From IMG/VR virus record IMGVR_UViG_3300027977_000007: a stretch of 64,000 nt of DNA; one strand, written 5' to 3'. Of this stretch, positions 59,555 to 64,000 are shown in pieces (within the stretch, counting starts at the first letter, position 1; every line of letters starts with the position of its first letter). This stretch comes from a virus. The notes beneath the pieces were generated by a model. It had not been told where the DNA came from, ran no database searches, and saw only the letters and a program-made list of their open reading frames with translations. Position numbers and translations under genes: made by a program.

Positions 59555-59818
59555 TTAAAATTTGTTCATATTTTTACAGCCATTGCCATTGATATTAAGC
59601 AGCGCACCCGTTAGGGTAAATGTACCACCGATAGCCAGCAATGAAGCGCCCAATTTTGGCTTATTACCGTACAAGAATGCACCCGTTGTGGCGGTAGCTA
59701 CACCACCAAGTATAAAGCTACCCATTAGCCAGCTCTTAGCGTTTGCGTTCATCTTAGGCTTGGCAGCTGATTGGAACGAGATAAGCGCAACAAGTGTAAT
59801 AGTAAGTAAAAATTTCAT
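59555..59818 (-). CDS. Signal-peptide and two-TM membrane protein
   Basis: Likely start MKFLLT at 59818; promoter at 59849. Confidence 0.6.
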   Translation of the reverse strand: MKFLLTITLVALISFQSAAKPKMNANAKSWLMGSFILGGVATATTGAFLYGNKPKLGASLLAIGGTFTLTGALLNINGNGCKNMNKF

Positions 59819-60097
59819 GTCTAAATGTTTATTGGTTAATTGATGCTTCAAAGATAGCATTAATAATTCAAACGGCAAAACTTATTTTAGTTAAAACAAA
59901 AAATAAAGTAAAAATAATTTTCGATAAAAAATTTGGTAGTTTGGAATAAATTACCCATCTTTACAGAATCTTAAAAATACCAACATTACATTTAAATACC
60001 TTATGTTGATTATCCACATATGTCTATTTATAAAATGTGCCGTAAAACCCATTCATCGCTTTAGCGTGGATGGGATGTAAGGCACAAAGATAATGAA

Positions 60098-60508
60098 TTA
60101 ACCTTGTGAAAGGATATATTGACGTATTGTTTCTGGTGATGCTTCACCTATTGAACAAACGAAATAGCCATCTGACCAAAGTAATTTCTGATACCAATAT
60201 TGCTTACGAAGTACAGAATGATGGAGCAACCATAACTGACGAGTAGATTCTTGTTTTAACCTACGGACGATTTGAGCAATAGACAAACGAGGTATGTAAC
60301 GAATAAGAAAGTGAATATGGTTAATATCAGACTCCATAACTTCAATTTCAAAATCAGAACCATTGGCAATAGATTGAAATATTTGCTTAATATCATCATT
60401 TAACTGACCTATGAGCAACTTTTTACGATACTTACACACAAAGATTAGATGACACTTTAAGTAGTGTTTTGAACGATTTGTGCTGATGTAATTTGACTTT
60501 TTAGACAT
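60098..60508 (-). CDS. tnpA: Y1 HUH transposase TnpA
   Basis: HLIFVCKYR, NHIHFL, LWSDGYF, IRQYI. Confidence 0.95.
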   Translation of the reverse strand: MSKKSNYISTNRSKHYLKCHLIFVCKYRKKLLIGQLNDDIKQIFQSIANGSDFEIEVMESDINHIHFLIRYIPRLSIAQIVRRLKQESTRQLWLLHHSVLRKQYWYQKLLWSDGYFVCSIGEASPETIRQYILSQG

Positions 60509-60624
60509 AGTAGCGAAGTTTTTTGTGAATGTTTCTCAAACTCGATGGAAATATTTACAAAAAACGTAGCGAATTGTATAAATAAATTGTATCTTTGCAA
60601 AATATTAGACTATTTAATAGTAGA

Positions 60625-61821
60625 ATGAAAACAATTTTTCGGACATATCAATTTGAATTACAACCAACACAAGAGCAAAAAGTGTTGTTGGATAAGCATT
60701 TTGGATGTATCCGTTATGTTTACAACTACTTTTTAAATGAACGGAAAGTGCAATATCAAGCAGATAAAAAGTCTGATAATTACTATAAACAGGCAGCTAC
60801 CTTAACTGAATTAAAAAAGAAAGAAGAAACTGCTTGGCTCAAAGAAGTGAATAGTCAATCATTACAATTTGCTTTAAGATGTTTGGATACTGCTTATGTA
60901 AACTTTTTTAGAGGTAACGCTAAGTTTCCAAGATTTAAGTCAAGAAAAAAGAAAAACTCATTTACAGTTCCACAATTCGCAAAACTTGAAGATGGGAGAT
61001 TTTTTGCACCAAAATTCAAAGAAGGGATTAAAGTTAATATTCATCGTGAAGTGAAAGGTGAGATTGGTAAATGCACTTTGAGTAAAACACCAACAGGTAA
61101 ATATTTTGTTTCAATTCTATCAGAAGAACAATATCAACCAAAAGAAAAGACTGGTGCTCTTTGTGGAATAGATTTAGGTTTAAAAGACTTTGCTATTACT
61201 TCTGATGGCATTAAATTCAAGAACAACAAATACACAAAACAATATGAAAAAGAGTTAGCGAAAGCACAAAAACATCTTTCTCGTAAGACAAAAGGCAGTA
61301 ATTCGTTTGAAAGACAAAGACGAAAAACAGCAAGACTTCACGAGAAGATAACCAACTCACGAATGGATAACTTACACAAGGTTTCCCATCAATTAGTATC
61401 TGATTATGATATAATTGCATTAGAAGATTTGAATGTGAAAGGTATGGTCAAAAACCATAAACTCGCTAAACATATCTCTGATGCAAGTTGGGGAACTTTT
61501 GTTAGGTTGCTTGAATACAAGGCTGATTGGAACGATAAACAGATTGTAAAAATCAATCGTTTCTACCCATCAAGTAAAACCTGCTGTGAGTGTGGCTGGA
61601 TAAATCAAGACTTAAACCTTTCAATAAGAGAGTGGACTTGCAAAAATGGACACGTATTAGACCGTGATTTAAACGCTGCAAAGAATATTCTTAAAGAAGG
61701 ATTAAAAATAATATCGTCAGGAACTGGCGATTACACGGATGGAGATGGTGTAAGAAGTAGTAATACTCAACTATCTGTGAAGTCCGAAGCCCATCCCATC
61801 GCCTTTGGCGTGGGTAGGTAG
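60625..61821 (+). CDS. tnpB: RNA-guided nuclease TnpB
   Basis: GIDLG, LEDL, SSKTCCECG, DRDLNAAKNI (RuvC D/E/D intact); likely start MKTIFR. Confidence 0.95.
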   Translation: MKTIFRTYQFELQPTQEQKVLLDKHFGCIRYVYNYFLNERKVQYQADKKSDNYYKQAATLTELKKKEETAWLKEVNSQSLQFALRCLDTAYVNFFRGNAKFPRFKSRKKKNSFTVPQFAKLEDGRFFAPKFKEGIKVNIHREVKGEIGKCTLSKTPTGKYFVSILSEEQYQPKEKTGALCGIDLGLKDFAITSDGIKFKNNKYTKQYEKELAKAQKHLSRKTKGSNSFERQRRKTARLHEKITNSRMDNLHKVSHQLVSDYDIIALEDLNVKGMVKNHKLAKHISDASWGTFVRLLEYKADWNDKQIVKINRFYPSSKTCCECGWINQDLNLSIREWTCKNGHVLDRDLNAAKNILKEGLKIISSGTGDYTDGDGVRSSNTQLSVKSEAHPIAFGVGR

Positions 61822-61853
61822 TTCACTCACATTTAGTCAAGTGGTTCTACCTG

Positions 61854-62108
61854 TTAGACTAACTGGTTGGCTCGTATTATGATACGGGCTACGGCTATCT
61901 CCGCATCGGCTTGGTGCTCGGCATCTTCATCGCTATTCACCTCACGGTACATATCATCGTACAGGTAGCTTGCATCCATACGAGAAGTATATGATTTTCC
62001 ATCTATATCAGCATGGATAGTGTAGTGTCCGTAGCTATTGGTTTTACGGGCAATTACGTTGCTAACTTCAAAAATAGCTTTATCAACGGTTACGGTGTGT
62101 ATGCTCAT
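61854..62108 (-). CDS. Hypothetical early protein
   Basis: 84 aa, A-rich leader. Confidence 0.65.
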   Translation of the reverse strand: MSIHTVTVDKAIFEVSNVIARKTNSYGHYTIHADIDGKSYTSRMDASYLYDDMYREVNSDEDAEHQADAEIAVARIIIRANQLV

Positions 62109-62180
62109 GGTTTTTTTGGTTATTTAATTCTTAACTAATAATACAGCCCGCATATGTACACAATTGTGTATACCCTTGAG

Positions 62181-62564
62181 TTAGAAGTCGAAGTCTATGC
62201 TATGGTATTCAATCCAATTACCATCAACATTAATTTGAAATACGTTATCGTTCAACCACCGATATTCATAATCCTCTGAACCATCAAGACCAATACCCTC
62301 ATGGACTCCAAACACCCAAAGTTCCTCATCAATTAAATCCTGTCTTAATTTACAAATATTAGTCATAGGATTTTTTTTGGTATTAAGGAAATTTAGGATA
62401 CATTCATATTCGGGTTCATATGAATCATCAAATGAAGATGCTTTAAATTCATCATATAATTCAGTTCCCATTTCCCAAGTAGTATCATATTCTAATTCTT
62501 GCGGTATAATACCAGCAAGTCTAGCTAGTTCAATCATTAGGAAAATTCCATATCCGTCTTTCAT
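62181..62564 (-). CDS. Hypothetical acidic early protein
   Basis: Promoter at 62591. Confidence 0.7.
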   Translation of the reverse strand: MKDGYGIFLMIELARLAGIIPQELEYDTTWEMGTELYDEFKASSFDDSYEPEYECILNFLNTKKNPMTNICKLRQDLIDEELWVFGVHEGIGLDGSEDYEYRWLNDNVFQINVDGNWIEYHSIDFDF

Positions 62565-62590
62565 GGCTTTGGTTTATTTTTTGTGATACT

Positions 62591-62622
62591 CAAAGATAAG
62601 CAAAAGTAACGAGAATTCCAAA
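62591..62622 (-). promoter_or_regulatory. Bacteroidota-type promoter (TTTG-n19/20-TAnnTTTG), representative copy
   Basis: Related copies at 56501, 56603, 58643, 58986, 59141, 59849, 62969, 63219, 63749, 63966; -7 box also at 18422, 36851, 44730, 47281, 50951, 55139. Confidence 0.8.
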
Positions 62623-62636
62623 TGGATTATTTTAAT

Positions 62637-62939
62637 TTAATCCATTTCAGCCCATTCATCAATTTCAATCTTACCATCTAAGACACCTTGCCAAAATATA
62701 GCAGAATTTTGATATGTACCTTTGGTGCCTTTTTTAAGCATATCCCGACTAGGTACTCTATTGCCATAAGTATCGGTCTTAGGTTCTTTCGGTAACATAC
62801 AAGCACCGCTATCCAATAACCGACTAGCTTCACGACCAACAGAGCCTTCCAATTTCCAAGCCATACCAGTATTGATATTGTCTTGCATTTCAGTAAAGCC
62901 ATATTCTTTTTGTAATGCGAGTATCTTATTGTAGTTCAT
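62637..62939 (-). CDS. Hypothetical early protein
   Basis: Likely start MNYNKI, downstream of promoter 62969. Confidence 0.7.
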   Translation of the reverse strand: MNYNKILALQKEYGFTEMQDNINTGMAWKLEGSVGREASRLLDSGACMLPKEPKTDTYGNRVPSRDMLKKGTKGTYQNSAIFWQGVLDGKIEIDEWAEMD

Positions 62940-63014
62940 GTTAAGGATTGTTTTGGTTAATTGATACTCAAAGATAAGCAAACTAATTGACATTTCCAAA
63001 CCTTATTGGTAATT

Positions 63015-63185
63015 TTAGTTAATAATAGTTGTTTCTATAATTTCGGTGTCAGTAATGGTCGCACCACAGGTTTGGCTTGTAAAGTCATAATCCATATCGG
63101 ATAATACAATTTCAACGTCATCAATATGAGCATTTCCTACAAGTTCAATAATAAGTTTTACCTTTACTTCAACAGTTACTGTCAT
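63015..63185 (-). CDS. Hypothetical early protein
   Basis: Likely start MTVTVE, downstream of promoter 63219. Confidence 0.6.
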   Translation of the reverse strand: MTVTVEVKVKLIIELVGNAHIDDVEIVLSDMDYDFTSQTCGATITDTEIIETTIIN

Positions 63186-63300
63186 GGTAGTGTTTTTAAG
63201 ATTGTTTTTAATGATACTCAAAGATAAGCAAACTAATCCGTATTTCCAAACCTTATTTAAAAATAAAAACCACTATCTCGGTAGTGGTTTTTATCTTAGT

Positions 63301-63726
63301 TTATTCGGATAGCTTAGGTGTAAGCCTTAAGATACTCCAATTACCATCATCAAGCCCACCCTCTATGGTATTGGCTTTTGATTCATTATACATATCTATG
63401 ATATGCCTAACTTGTTCACCATACGTTTCACCTTTTATGGTTTTAGTGCCATGCAATTTATTTGCATTAGCATTGGCAAAGGTCAGAACGCTCAATAGCA
63501 TACGGGTAACGTCTTGATGGGTGTATGTAATTTGTTGTAGGTTAAACGGAACGGCATCAAGCCCCCAATCAAAGCGGTAGCCATATGGCTTTAATTCAGC
63601 TTCAAATTTACGGCATAACTCATAGCTGTCACCATCAGAAGCAAATTGATTGGCATAACGCTTGATTATCTCACGTACATCTTGCGGTAAGTTATCTTGA
63701 TTTTCAAATAGGTCTAAATCTTCCAC
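63301..63726 (-). CDS. Hypothetical early protein
   Basis: GTG start; promoter at 63749; terminator at 63265-63292. Confidence 0.65.
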   Translation of the reverse strand: MEDLDLFENQDNLPQDVREIIKRYANQFASDGDSYELCRKFEAELKPYGYRFDWGLDAVPFNLQQITYTHQDVTRMLLSVLTFANANANKLHGTKTIKGETYGEQVRHIIDMYNESKANTIEGGLDDGNWSILRLTPKLSE

Positions 63727-63786
63727 GTTGGTTTTTTTAAGTGATACTCAAAGATAAAACAAATAATCCGTATTACCAAGCATTAA

Positions 63787-63945
63787 TCAAATAAATTTAT
63801 CAACTTCTTTAATTAACTTAGTTAAGCGTTTAACTTCGCTAGGCTTGGTATCAACATTGAATGTTTTACCCTCAAGGTATTGTTTAAACTCAATTATTTC
63901 TTTAGAGTTTAGAACAGATATTTGTTGCTTTAATTGGTCGCTCAT
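63787..63945 (-). CDS. Hypothetical early protein (52 aa, absent from ORF track)
   Basis: MSDQLKQQISVLNSKEIIEFKQYLEG...; promoter at 63966. Confidence 0.6.
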   Translation of the reverse strand: MSDQLKQQISVLNSKEIIEFKQYLEGKTFNVDTKPSEVKRLTKLIKEVDKFI

Positions 63946-64000
63946 GGCTTGGTTTGGTTATGCATCAAAGATAAGTAAACTAATCGAGAATTCCAAATCT

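Larger units (their letters stand above)
60031..61826. mobile_element. IS200/IS605-family element (divergent tnpA and tnpB)
   Basis: Related subterminal hairpins at 60048-60074 and about 61790-61818; right end ...GTTCAC; left boundary approximate. Confidence 0.88.

Noticed and set aside
652-63517. Many short antisense or nested ORFs in the track (e.g. 10177-10728, 20571-20987, 44279-44728, 51664-52164)
   Set aside because: They lie opposite well-supported genes and have no motifs or expression signals.
1-64000. Alternative genetic code (stop-codon reassignment)
   Set aside because: Conserved genes are full length in the standard code and coding density is high.

Overview
AT-rich segment of a large T4-like (jumbo-type) tailed phage genome. 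The host is probably a Bacteroidota member, inferred from repeated TAnnTTTG/TTTG promoters and A-rich leaders lacking a Shine-Dalgarno sequence. Layout: (1-9 kb) sugar-modification, glycosyltransferase and phoH cluster; (9-16 kb) gp55-like late sigma factor and putative baseplate/virion genes; (16-34 kb, minus strand) head module of terminase, portal, prohead protease, scaffold and major capsid protein, plus a homing endonuclease and an intein-containing, apparently frameshifted modular protein; (34-55 kb) thyA, ClpC-like ATPase, thioredoxin, a frameshifted ATPase-GNAT pair, a nucleotidyltransferase and many small late genes sharing N-terminal tags (IxxLLREGL, LIITESQL); (55.2-55.5 kb) A-tract repeats and a G-tract block; (55.5-64 kb) an early-type region of single-gene cassettes with host-type promoters, an HNH insertion and an intact IS200/IS605 element. 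The best candidate novelty is three separately promoted copies of a ~65-nt structured RNA with compensatory stem changes (56.7, 56.9, 59.1 kb). Other candidates are a family of tagged, putatively capsid-packaged proteins, two -1 slippage sites, and an mRNA whose 5' and 3' ends can pair. All calls come from reading motifs by eye; no searches were run.
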